Below, piece after piece: positions 25,267 to 37,379 of a stretch of 64,000 bases of DNA (position 1 is its first letter; the number at the start of each line of letters is the position of its first letter). The notes under the pieces are model-generated. The model did no database searches. It was not told the origin of the DNA and worked only from the letters and a program-made list of their open reading frames with translations. Source of the stretch: Saccostrea echinata (lineage: Eukaryota); the NCBI RefSeq assembly GCF_033153115.1, contig NW_026889772.1:5704001-5768000 (forward strand), written 5' to 3'. The translations under genes and the position numbers were made by a program.

Positions 25267-25714
25267 TTTCATAACACAATAATATTGGCCTAGATAATAT
25301 AAGAAGTCCAATTGTTTTGAAATTTTCAATACATATTTTTGAACTAAATTTTTGCGATAAAATAGGTTCCTTTTTCAATACTTGAAAGATCGAGCATTGT
25401 TTCCGATTTTCATCAATCGTAGATCTGGACATATTTACTGTCGATAATGTTTTTCAGGAATTTTGTTCATGCAATGCATTCAATTTTTTTTAATAAGTTA
25501 AGAAGAAATAAAAATTATTATATTTATTTGTGTAGGTTTTCTTTCGAATGTATTTTATGTGAGATCGCTTTCGTTTCAGATATGATTAATGTATAATGAT
25601 TGTGGACCACTGATTTTACGTTATCAAATCAAAAAAGAAATGAAGTTACATTTGAGAATGAAACTCGCATTTTAAACAACCATGAAATATGCTGACCGAA
25701 GTTTATCATACTTA

Positions 25715-27000
25715 TTGTTAGGCCATTATTTATACACTGAACTGTCTACTGATTTTTCCGGGGGGTTTTTCGATCATGACAAGGAGAACACGGCGGGTGT
25801 GACCGGTCGGCAGGGGATGCTAACTCCTCCATGGCACCTGATCTCACCTCTAAGTTTTGAGGTCCGTGTTTGCCCTGCTCCAAATTTGTATCGTTTCATT
25901 GGACTTTCGAGAATGAATACTGTTCGTTATCTTCATATTTCTTATATAACATAAATAACATTGCTCTTTCTCATTAATCCTTTCAACAATACAAATTGTG
26001 AACTGGACAAAAAAGACTTCTGAAACAGTAGAGGTGGGATCAGCTGTCTAAGAGGAGAAGTATCCGCTGTAGATCGAACACCCCGCATTGATCAGGTAAC
26101 AGAAGTAAAAAGAAAACTATGTCACAATTATAGTACGAAACATCTCCGGCAAAATATGTCTTTGCAATGAAGATAACAAACAATGGTCGATTTCATAAAA
26201 ACCTACAAACAATACAAATCTGTGAATAGTGCATGAAACATGGACCTATGGAAATTCTAGAGGTGTATTCATTTGCTTCGGATGCGCAAGCTTCCCTGTC
26301 GACCGAGCAAGCCCGCTGTTATCCCTGTAATGATCAGGTAGAAGGAGTCCTCTATAATCAAATGCAATGACTTAACAAATGGTATGAAACATGCAGACAG
26401 AATGCCAAACCCAACGAAAGGTTGTATTTGCAGTACAAGTAAGTTATTCAAAGGAAATATCGGCGATTTTTGTGATAAAAAATACAGTCTAAATCAGGAT
26501 GACGGTTCTTTATAATACGTTACTTATATGAGACAAAAGTAAATTTGGTAATAAATTACGTATTGAGGGCGATTAGATTTTCCATTTAGAACAGTCACGT
26601 GATTTAAGCATAAATGCTTGCAGTACTGAGGCCATTTATAAATTCGACGATATATCTGAATGTTGAGTTTAATGTCACAACAAGAGTTTATTTTTCTTAA
26701 GTATTTGTTTTTGAATAAATTTTGCTTCAAGGAATATAATGAAGGTATGCAATTAGTGCCCAGTGGAATTCCACAGATTGATGGAAGACCGTGTCTCCAA
26801 TGACTAAATAGATATTGTGAATGAGGAACTGTAGCATTTTTATGACAACTTCAGAGTACTTGTGTGTAGAATCAGAATTATTTTTAACGAAGTAAATTTG
26901 TAGCTGACCAATCACAAATTATAAAAAAAAAAATTTTGAGGAAGCAGTTGGCTATGCTGTCAAAAAGCTAGCTCTTTAAATGGTTGTATTAAGAGTAGGA
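25715..27000. mobile_element. Cluster of Naiad-type PLE pieces (plus-strand 3' end, then minus-strand copy with duplicated 3' end)
   Basis: A plus-strand 3' motif lies at 25780-25885. Two minus-strand 3' motif copies (25990-26100, 26180-26345) are followed by RT remnants (FLIHNIYLVIGDTVFHQSV). Confidence 0.7.
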
Positions 27001-27858
27001 ATGGTAAGTTACCCAAACAGGTAAATATCAATCAGAACACTATAATTAACCAATTCACTTTTCTTTGTTTTATATTATGCAGTAAAAGGATGGTCCAACT
27101 ATTTTAAACTTTATTTAAGAGAAGACATATCAATATACTTATATTTGTTGCAAATTATCGCAATCAAGCTATTTGAATACTTGATGACATTAGGATTGCG
27201 AAAAAATATTTTTCGTGATTTTTGAAATTTCCAAAACAAGGCATTTCATTTTGCTTTTTTAAAAAAATGTAATTCTATTACTGATCGAATTCCATTTAAG
27301 TACAAAACAAATATTGTGTGTATTTCTTACTGGTCATTGCATCATGTAGAGAAATACATATACAGAGTTATACTCCTTACAGAAGTGATCGATTGCATTC
27401 CATAACGTACTATGTACTTACTCGTATTCGCCTTTCATTTTCCCTCTTACCTTTATGAGGCACCCACCACGGGATTAAATGTTGATTTCTCTCTAACAGA
27501 AAGATTGTTGCCCTCTTATGTAAACCAACATAATGCTGATGTGTAAAGATCTGAACATCATTTTTCGAGTATTTTCAGGTAATACAGAAGATTTCTCACG
27601 TCAATCTCCAATTCGGAAAATGTTTTTGTGACTAAAAACGAAATATGAAAATTTTTCAGTTTACATTGGAACAAAGAATGATAGCAAAATATGTCTTTTT
27701 ATTCCGCCATTTCCGGTAAAATTATACCTCTACCTAAAAATTGATTCAAACTTCTCAGGAACCTGAAAGACATGGAACAAAGATCTCTAGTCCATTTGAT
27801 TACTTTACTTTTGTTGTTGAACCTGATTGGAAGTGCTAAAACTTATTTATATTTTGAT

Positions 27859-28704
27859 ATGGAGTGTTTAGAATGGAAAATTATAATCAGCATTTTGTCC
27901 TGCTTACTGCTATCAGGTAGGTGATTTATTTGATCGTTAATAGTTTGGCTCCCATGTCCCCTCTATCCATGCCAACAGCAACATGTTTTCTTTTCTAGTC
28001 ACTAAACTTGGCAGAAATATTTATCAAAACTTGAGAGTAACCAAGTATTTCTTATTTTATATTTTTTACACAGTGTCTGTACATGATATGCATTTTAGTT
28101 TTTTAAATTTGAATTTGTGGCACTTTTTTTTCGTACATTTTCAGGACAAAACGTTACAGATGAAAGCCGTGCTCTTATTATAACGGTGATCATTCTTATT
28201 CCTTGTCCAAACAATCAAAGTCCAGGTAATGCTCAAGGTGTAACATCCAGTCATTAATGATACTGCTGGTAACAGGTTAAGCTCAATTAATGTGTACTAT
28301 CTTTACTGTTACCACCTCTAAGACCATAACTTAATTGCTGGTAACTGGTAAAACAGGTATGATATCCTGTCGTAACTGATACTGCAGGTAACAAGTAAAT
28401 CAAAAGGTATAATATCCCGTTTTTACTGATACTGCTGGTAACGTGTAAAGTTCTACATATTTTGTATTTTTTATACTATTGCACTCATTCTATTTAGAAA
28501 ATATCAAAACAGTAGCAGAAAAAAAATTAGAAATTTGACATGAGTTTTGCAATTGAGTCTCTGTTCTTTAGTTTGTTTCTAATTTCAACAGGTTCCATCT
28601 CTGGAACTAGGTCATCGGTGTCAACAGCGGAATTTGTTCCCAGTGGCAGGGGCGGATCTGTAATTCCTGTAACCACTGACCCAAGCATTACCATTGTGTC
28701 CTAG
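27859..28704 (+). CDS. Orphan small secreted Ser/Thr-rich peptide gene C (3 exons, 83 aa)
   Basis: Exons: 27859-27916 (MECLEWKIIISILSCLLLS|GTAGGT); 28145-28225 (GQNVTDESRALIITVIILIPCPNNQSP|GTAATG); 28592-28704 (GSISGTRSSVSTAEFVPSGRGGSVIPVTTDPSITIVS-TAG). All junctions are phase 1 with pyrimidine-rich CAG acceptors. AATAAA occurs at ~28760 and ~28796. Confidence 0.65.
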
Positions 28705-29439
28705 ATATTTCAATAAGACTGTATGAATATTAAAAGTTATTGATTGGTTGTGATTTGTGAATAAAGATCAGTTTATTAGATAAAGTTCAACGACAAATAA
28801 ATGAAATTATTATGAAACAAGAATGCTGTATTCACGTATGTTTATATATGAAACTTTGCTAAAGCGGACGGCTTATCATTCCATCAAAATAGTCTTTTCA
28901 CTTTTTTCCGAACGTCAACATTATGTATTTCTTCGAGATAGCCGTTAGAATTGACAGTTTTGGTGTATGTGAGAGATTATGGATCAGTCTATCAAATATG
29001 ATTCATTACGTGGCGAGTGAGTTACCTTTTTACCCACGTAGTCGCACGAGTCGCCACGTAACATTCACAGGTTATATCTAACCATTCATATTTGTTGAAC
29101 AGTATTTTTATTCTTGTCCATAAGGAATTATATCATTTATTAACTACTGCAGAAATATAGAGATAAAATCTGGATATATTATCATACTCTACATCCATAC
29201 TATTCTATTACGTCGAAAAAAGTTAAATGTGCAATGATTGCTATATGATTAAATATCGTTATGAGTAGGTATTTCATTTTTCTGTATTAATTTCTTAATT
29301 TATTATGAACAGTTTTTATTCGTGAAAAGAAAGGAACGTAATAAAAGAAGTTTTGTAACAAGACAATAAATTCTTAAATTGATTATACTAATTAATTTTC
29401 TGAATCGTTCAAATATGCTTACATGAAATATGGAGTTAA

Positions 29440-29730
29440 AGAACGGTAATTAAGTTCCAAAGATCATTGAAACAATACAAATCGGGAGCAGAGCAAACTT
29501 GGACCTCTTAAAGCATCAGAGTCGGATCAGGTGCCATGGAGGAGTAAGCATCCTTTGTCGGCCAGTCACACAAGCGTGTGCTCCTTATCAAGATCGGGCA
29601 AACATAAAAATCCGTCGACAATTCAGTGTGTAATTAATGTCCTAACAAATAGTATGAGAAACATCAGTGAGCATTCGTCTTGAAAGTTTGTATTTGCTGA
29701 TAAGGTCATTGTAACGACATTAGAACATAC
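29440..29730 (-). mobile_element. Naiad-type PLE 3' fragment
   Basis: Degenerate 3' motif at 29480-29590 plus the end of the ORF. Confidence 0.7.
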
Positions 29731-30944
29731 CAAATATTTTTCTCTCTAATTTTCTCAATATTTGATTTACATCAGATTTCAAAATAATGCAAATGAATAG
29801 ATATACATGTACTATAATTAATGATATTGAATAGAGTGATTTTTTAATTATATAATATTTCCGATTACATTCCTCATTATGTCTGTATACTACAGATTAC
29901 TGAGTAAACGCAGGAGAGCATTTCCACATATTAATGAACATAAGGAAATCAAAATTGATTACTGGTGTATACTTTCGATAACATTATATTTATATCGTCT
30001 CAAACTTTCCTTTAATGATTTTGTGATGTAACTAGCTAAAAATTTATACATCAGTAAATCAAGTGTATTTTTTAGATAAAAATCTATCAATCAAAAGCTA
30101 GATAAAACAAATCCTTGTTACATTATATGAACAATTTTTTTAAGGTAACTAGTTTAACATTTCGTTCTTGCAGAAGATTGAGGTGACACTATTGCAATCG
30201 CTGAAATTGATCATTGATATTTCATGTCATTTTTAATCTTTTCGAAAATGAAATATTTATCTGTACGTCAAAAAATCTTAAATATGTCAAACTACGAAGA
30301 CAGTATGTTTGCAAAGTAAACAGTAAGAGGAAATGATTTTGAAAATGATCAGGAAATTGACAAGACATTTACCTATCTAGATTAACCAGGGGTAGACTTC
30401 TATTGGGTACATTTGACCTATCTTAGAACCTTTTGTATTTCATGATTACAACGTGAGTTTTCACTTACCTAAGCAACTTCACAGGGGTCCAAAAGTATGG
30501 AGAAGACCACAATATTACATATTATTACATATTACATAATCTAAATTTGCATGCATTCCGTTATTTTCACAAATAAGACTAAGAGAGATGAAATAATCAT
30601 TGTTACATCATACAGATGAAGTTTTCATTCTCCCAGATTTAAGTTTCCCAGTATTTTTTTTTTTCTTACTACCTGAACACAACGTATACGGTTTCTACTC
30701 AATTCAAGTAAAACTTGTTATATAGAGGAAATAAATAATATTTTTAAAAAATCTCATTCTAAAGAAAAAAATTCGAAATATGAAAAACCTTTAACAGATC
30801 TAGTTATGATGAGTATATTATCGTAGAACTGGTTCGTCTTTTTTTATATTCCAGGATACTAATTTTGTAAATTTCTGCGGTAAAGTTGCATCGCAGAAAA
30901 TTAAATTGAAAGGAAAAAAAACTCATGTAATATTTCATTTAAAG

Positions 30945-31600
30945 AAATGTAAATATAACGGACAGTTATATTCAAAAGTCCAAGGAAACAATACAAAGTC
31001 TGGGCAGAGCAAGCACAGACCTCTGAGAACATCAGAGGTGGGATCAGGTGTAATAGAGACTAAGCAGAGATAACGAACAGTATTCAAGCTCAAAAGTCCA
31101 TTCATACAATACAAATCAGGAGCAGAGCAAAGACGGACCATTAAAACATCAGATGTGGGATCACGTACCATGCAGGAGTGAGCATCCCCTGCCTACCGGT
31201 CAAACCCGCCGTGAGCTCCTTGTCATGATCGGCAAAAACGGGAAAATCCGTAGAAAATTCAGTGTGTAAATAATTTTTTAACAATTAATATGAAAAACAT
31301 CAGTCAGAATTCGACTTAATGATAGATTGTATTTGCTGACAAGGTCATTGCATCGACCATAGAACTTGCAAAATGATGACTTTAAACGAGACTGTTGATA
31401 TTCTTGTTTCATCAACTTGTGTGGCAATAGCTTGCCTCGTTTTAGAAATTGTTCGAACGAAGAGCATGCTCTTGCGTATCATATCAACTGAAAGATATAA
31501 ACCACATATGCAAGTGATAAGGGTTTACTGCTACATAAGTAAGGGAAGTTGACGATTGAAAAGTTGAAGTCATCACGTTTATCAAAAAGTTTGATATATT
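30945..31600 (-). mobile_element. Naiad-type PLE with partial tandem duplication of the 3' end (pseudo-LTR)
   Basis: An RT-thumb remnant and full 3' motif (31120-31225) are followed by a second partial 3' copy (30950-31050). A further RT piece lies near 32050-32160. Confidence 0.8.
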
Positions 31601-31635
31601 TTAAGGCCACTACAAGTTTTCTTCTTCACGGGTAG

Positions 31636-31985
31636 ATTGATTAATTGTATGTTGTTTTACGTCCCATTCGATAATTTTTCACTCATATAGAGACGTCATC
31701 ATACACCGGTGAAGAGCTTCAAATTTAGGCCTATACTCGGCACTCAGGGCCGTTGAGCTGTGAGGGTTCTTTATCGTGCCAATGCTTACTGTGACACGGG
31801 ATCTCGGTTTTTAAGGTCTCATTCGAAAGACCCGTGACTTTCACTTCTAGTGCCAGGCGCTTGGCGAAGGAACAGTCACTAGCTACCTATGTTTACGTCT
31901 TAGGTTTGACGCGGCGCAGCGAGCGGGAATCGAACCCCGGTCTCACCATCTCGAAGCGAACGCCCTACCACTAGGCTACCGTGAC
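31636..31985 (-). mobile_element. Meta+Deu tRNA-SINE with a different tRNA head
   Basis: Body and tail are homologous to the 11173 and 13368 copies. The head is GGTAGCCTAGTGGTAGGGCG...GGGGTTCGATTCCCG. Confidence 0.85.
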
Positions 31986-33239
31986 TAGTTTCTCGTGTAG
32001 AAGATTTTTTTATATAAATTTTCTTCAATAGACTATAAAAACAGGTCTAATCATAAAAGGGGCATAATTAGTGCCTATCGAATTGCTGCAGAGAGTTGGA
32101 AGACTTGTCTCTAAAGAAAACAAAGATATTTTGAAAAAGGAAATATAATCATTTTAAATTGTCATTTCCCTCGGAGAGATTATAGATAATCATGAATCAT
32201 TGTACGAGGATTGAATGCCTGAAGTGAAGCTGGCGGTCTAGCAATAAAGACTGTGTGAAGTTTATATTACAATAAGTAAATTAATATTGTTTTTAAATTT
32301 AATGTCTCTAGAAAAAAATAAAAAAATAAACAGTTGTTCTTGCTTATAAATACCATCTATATGTCTTTTTTCGGATTTTTTTTTTTTCAATCTAAATTAT
32401 CCGAAAAACTTTTCTTTTATATTATATACTCTAGTCATTCGATAACCTGCAGCCTTTTGTAAATTTGAACAATATTCGGCATCAAATTTTGTCAAAAGAT
32501 CAAACATCAAAACTTAAAGGCACCAAAAAATGATATTGCCCAAGTGTTGGAATACACATGATTAAGAATCATTGTGGGTGGGTTTTTTTTCCTTTTTTTC
32601 ATGGATATCGGGAATAGGCTTATTTATATTTCCTGTTTACATGTATTGAAAAATTTTCGCCCAGCTTAACAACTCAAAAAAATTTACATTTCACTTTTTA
32701 ATCTGTAACATTATTGAAACCAAATAAATGATATTTAAGGCTTTCTTGAAAACCTACTTGTGTTAAAGAGGTTTTGTTGATGTAGTACGGATGCTGACAT
32801 TTAAAAAAATTATAGAACATAGGTTTAAATAAAATCAGTTTACCTAATATCGTTATTAAAATGCCGTATATCAGGAGGTCAAAACGGACAATTTATTGCT
32901 TTTTCATATCTCCCAGCCAGATTGTTTTTATAACTGATAAGATATATGAAAAATTATATAAGATTTTCCTCTTTGCTGCGGCGTGAAACTCTCATAAACG
33001 TCTTTTTACCACCACAGAGGGAAGGGAATATGTTTTTGCGACGACATGTACCTCTAATGCATATCTCGCATATATGTAAAGAATGATTTTTTGAAAATTT
33101 ATTTATTTATTTATTGGGTCTTAAAGAGTCAATAAATATTATTTTCATTAGATAATTCGAAAATTAAATTCAGATAAATTAAAAATTTTATATGCTTCAG
33201 TTGATTACTAAGGTAATCGTAAACTTAATTTAATTTTGA

Positions 33240-33510
33240 TCAGGCAGACGGAATATTCCATAGTCAAATTTAATATAAAAACAAAGGCCAATAACAATTG
33301 GCATAAAATGTGCCAGACAAAATCGATGTAATGATAGGTTATATTTGCTAATAAGATCATTACAATAACCATAGAATTTACAAAATGTCGACTTTAAACG
33401 AGGTATTTAAATCTCTGTAACATCAACTTATTTGTCAGTAGCTTGGCTCGCTTTAAAGAGCATTTTCTTTAATATCAAATAAGTTAGGAGACATAAACAT
33501 CATACATGTA
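33240..33510 (-). mobile_element. Highly degraded Naiad-type PLE fragment
   Basis: Matches the ORF end of the other copies (CCATAGAATTTACAAAATGTCGACTTTAAACGAG...CATCAACTTATTTGTCAGTAGC). Confidence 0.6.
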
Positions 33511-34359
33511 GCAAAAGATATTACATTCAGAAATTTTCTATTTTACTTTACTTTTCATGTAATATTATGTGCTGATAGGAGGAAATGTGAAATTGAATAA
33601 TATATATGAGAGGTTTGTTGATTTAGAAAATAAGGGTTTTGATATCGAAATATGCCTCCAAAAGGTTGTTTTTCTACAAACAATGCAGAGGGGTTTTTTT
33701 TTTTACTAAATGAATGAGATAAATTACGTACGGCCAAATTTTCATGTTTTCAACAATCCTTATTAATGTTGCATCAAGAAAGATTGAAATAAATCTATTT
33801 GCTTCTAGCATTAAAACAAAGGGGAAAAGTCCATAAATAGTAAGATCGATAGAATAACATTTATTATATAAAATCTGACAATCAAATAGAAACATGATAT
33901 CCCAAACCTGAAAGCTATAGTAAATTATAAATATTTATTTATTTTATACAGACGTGTTTCATTCATCCTCCATAAGAGATTTCAGTCTTTCTTTACTGCA
34001 ATCATTGTCAGTCTATATAGATTCTTTTAGTATACCGATTAATTTTCATAACACTTAAATTTCAGGTTGTGTGATAACAAGATAGCATACAGGTTCAAAG
34101 TACAGTGTCATGAGCTCATAAACATGTTATATAATTTTTTTAAATAATAAACATGTAATATAATCAATAATTTTCAAAACCCTGCATCTCAAAATCAAAA
34201 AATACATGTTATATCAATCGCCCGGCATATTTCTGTAAAGTAGGTCAAAGTTCAATGTTAAGAGAACTGTAACGCTGTAATTTTTCATAATGTTTTATGG
34301 TAAATAATGCACATGCTAAAGAGATATGCTTTCCTCTTGAATGTTCAAAATATGCTGTA

Positions 34360-34600
34360 TATCGGCACAATGAACAATTTTGAAAAGGTGGTCAAGGTCA
34401 AGTTTAAAGGTCAAGGTCGGTAAGCATGGTATCTTACAAAAGTCAAAGTGCCGAGCAATATACGTGCAAATTATCAAAACCATACCTATTGCAGTTCTCA
34501 AGGTTGTGACCAACGGAAAGACTGACGGATGAACAGCTAGATAGACAACGCCTGGTAAGTGATCCTTAAGTGTCGCTCTGCTCTGTAGACGACACAAAAA
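34360..34600 (-). mobile_element. HINE/Helentron-associated element end
   Basis: GGTCAAGGTCA repeats, a GACGGA-type microsatellite and terminal hairpin TGTCGCTCTGCTCTGTAGACGACACAAAAA. Confidence 0.5.
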
Positions 34601-35827
34601 GAGTGATTGATCTTTGAGATAAAAAACATTTTCATTGTTAACAAACCTCGCCATCCAATCAAATGAAACTTCCTGAGAAATACGAAAACGGATATAATAC
34701 CGCATATTTGAGCTCGTCTCACAATATGCGTCGTTATCAAAGCTCTACCCTATTATTAATGTCATCATTCGCCTCTTATTTTGCAAGAAACTGATGATTG
34801 AGTAAAGTCGGAATTTTGTTATCCACCCATACAGTGTCGGTACTTAGTCACTATGTTTCCGGGTTATCTCCCCTTTTCTATGCATCAATGAAAGTGAAAG
34901 GTGGGTGATGAAAGTATCTGATTTAATTTTTGTATTTTGAAATACCCTCCCACCTCAACCCTTGAGCTAGGTGTTTAAGTATACCCTTTCTCCTTTCGTA
35001 CATCTACATAGTTTTACATGATTGGGCTATACCTATATTTATTGACAGTTATGGAAATGTTAATGAGATTCTTTTCTGCTTTGGGTTTTTTGTTTTTGTC
35101 TTTTTAGAAATTAGCGGTGCCGTTGAAGGAGACCAACGATGTTGATCAGGATTGCCTGTTATTTCCGTTTAGGACCTTTTGAATGATTTTGGGCCAAATA
35201 CAGTATCCAGCCGAGGAGTTCGGGGAAAAACCATACTTCACAGTGGTCAGATTGGCGAAATCGTCACCTTCAATTTAACCGTTGAACTATTTATATTCTT
35301 GACTTGTTGTGGTTGATGTTGATATATGTGATGGTTGATGTTGATATATGTGATGTTGACTTTGAAAATTATATCTCATATTGAGTAAATCTAAAGCAAA
35401 ATTATGTAATATAATTGATATAATTAATTATAATTAATATAATTAAAGATAATTTGTGTTGAAATGTGTCCGTAGCACGATTGAGGTCAACCCAGCGTGC
35501 TACTTTTCCCGTCAGGGAGGGCACAACTTAATTGTTGATGTTGGGGGATGTGCCAGTTTGCCGGCTGCCCCACTGTTGTGTAGACCACTGTGGACAATAC
35601 CTGCCAACTCGAATAAAACATATAAAATAAATAAGGCATTTGTTTTAAATATATTAAGGTCTTTGATAAAACAAGTTTATTCCTATGACAAAAAATACAC
35701 TTAAAGGTAAAATGGATAAAAGCAGTGAAAATTGTGCTTTAATTATTAAATTTTGATTTCTTGGGTGATTTTCATATATTTTATATATCTACATCTGAAA
35801 GATTGCAACCTTTTGGGGATATTATTA

Positions 35828-36380
35828 GTTACATAGTTTTGTAGTGACAGGGTACGGGATGATACCTGGTTAGTAAATTTCATACCTGGCGAGGCGAAGC
35901 CGAGCCAGGTATGAAATTTACTAACCAGGTATCATCCCGTACCCTGTCACTACAAAACTATGTAACGAATTTACCCCACCGTTGAAATGTTTATGGTCTG
36001 TGGTTTGTAAAATTGTTTTTCTCCGCTATATGTTTCATCACTCATACAATGCCTATTATGACGTCACGTTGTGTGACGTAATGTTGTTTTGCGAGTGTTT
36101 CATAACGTACTGACAGTTTCGAAGACTTTTAGTAAAGTGAGAAAAAGGTTCCATCTCGTTAATCAGGTTGATTAACTTTTTACTTATCAACAGACACCCG
36201 CAAACCTCGTAAACTCGAGTTGTTTGAATTGTTACAAAAGAACGATAAAACGATAACTCTGCATCAACCATGTATTGATTTTCAAGCGACTAGGTATAAG
36301 TAATACACCCCTTTCACGTGACAGACTTCAACCAATCGGAAGCAAGGATTTCATCGAAAAATCATCAGAGGTGGGGTAAA
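35828..36380. mobile_element. Long-hairpin + short-IR non-autonomous element (copy type 2)
   Basis: Perfect 63-bp inverted arms (35828-35890 and 35904-35966) flank GAGGCGAAGCCGA. An 11-bp IR pair, TTTACCCCACC (35970) and GGTGGGGTAAA (36370), encloses TGACGTCA. Confidence 0.8.
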
Positions 36381-36488
36381 GAAACTTTACAGCTGATTTT
36401 GTTTACCGATGTATCCTACAAATGAAATATCCTTACCCCAGTATATAAACAAAGCTATCTTAAACTCTAACGTCATTGATTGATTGTT

Positions 36489-36897
36489 CTTTCTATATTA
36501 ATATTACTTCACTTAGGGCAGTTATGTTAGTTTAAGAGTTGTTGTAAAATGTGCTTTATAAATAAAATTAATTATTACATTGTGAATCGGTAACGATCTT
36601 CTAATAAAACTAATGTCCAAATAACTATATCTCACTTCCATTCCCAATGACCGTGTAGTGTAGGACAGAATTCCATCGGCATCGAAAACAAGGTTTTTGA
36701 CTTGCCTACGTGGCCGAGCGGCCTAGCGCGCTGTTCCTGTACTACCAGGAGAAAGATTCCGTAGGTCGAGAGTTTAACCCAGGGTTATGGCGGAAGTGGG
36801 TATCCTTATGAAAGTGAATTTCTTTGTGCTTTCTATATTAATATTTCTTCACTTAATTAGGGCAGTTATGTTAGTTTAAGAGTTGTTGTAAAAATGA
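36489..36897 (+). repeat. 340-bp tandem unit (1.2 copies) containing a tRNA-like Pol III head
   Basis: A ~65-bp block CTTTCTATATTAATATT...GTTGTTGTAAAA repeats at 36489 and 36829. GTGGCCGAGCGG (A box) and a degenerate B box lie at 36703-36790. Confidence 0.65.
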
Positions 36898-36907
36898 GGT
36901 AATATAT

Positions 36908-36995
36908 ATGAAGGCCGGTAACACGGTTGAAATATTCAAATACAACACTACTGATGAAGGCCTGTAACACGGTTGAAATATTTCAAAAAGTGTTT
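36908..36995 (+). ncRNA. Minimal/degenerate hammerhead-ribozyme-like motif, 46-bp partial tandem (Penelope pLTR type)
   Basis: CTGATGA (36951), A, stem II GGCC/GGTT, then GAAA (36975) and palindromic GAAATATTTC. AACACT/AGTGTT could form stem I. A 5'-truncated second copy starts at 36908, and the flanks are (TA)n. The cleavage-site geometry is imperfect. Confidence 0.45.
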
Positions 36996-37324
36996 TAAAG
37001 TTTTTTTTAATTATATATATGAATCAGTTGCGTAGATGATTTGTTTCTAATTTCTAGTATTTATCACAAAAAGAATTTTGTTCCTTTTATATTCAACTCA
37101 ATATAAATCAAATTTCATTTTGAAATGAAGTTTTTGGCAAAAATATATGATTTTGCTAACATCATATTTTGATTATTCTAAGGAGCTAAACTATTTTAGC
37201 AAAACATTGAATGGGTCATGAGTTGCATTTTTTTTCTTTAGATAACAGTAAAAGATGAATCAGAAAAAGGTAGCCAATCGAGTAAAACTTTGGACAACTT
37301 CCTTAAAGATTTATTAACCCTTCC

Positions 37325-37334
37325 TATATATATA
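37325..37334 (+). promoter_or_regulatory. TATA box of the EGF/C-type lectin receptor gene
   Basis: TATATATATA lies ~50 nt upstream of the ATG at 37380. Confidence 0.4.
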
Positions 37335-37379
37335 GAAGAGAAATATTTTAAAATACATATGCAGATTCTTGTTATCAGC

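Noticed and set aside
35108-35290. GC-richer exon-like patch (..GQIQYPAEEFGEKPYFTVVRL..)
   Set aside because: It has an in-frame stop, no recognisable domain and no partner exons; possibly an old gene or TE relic.
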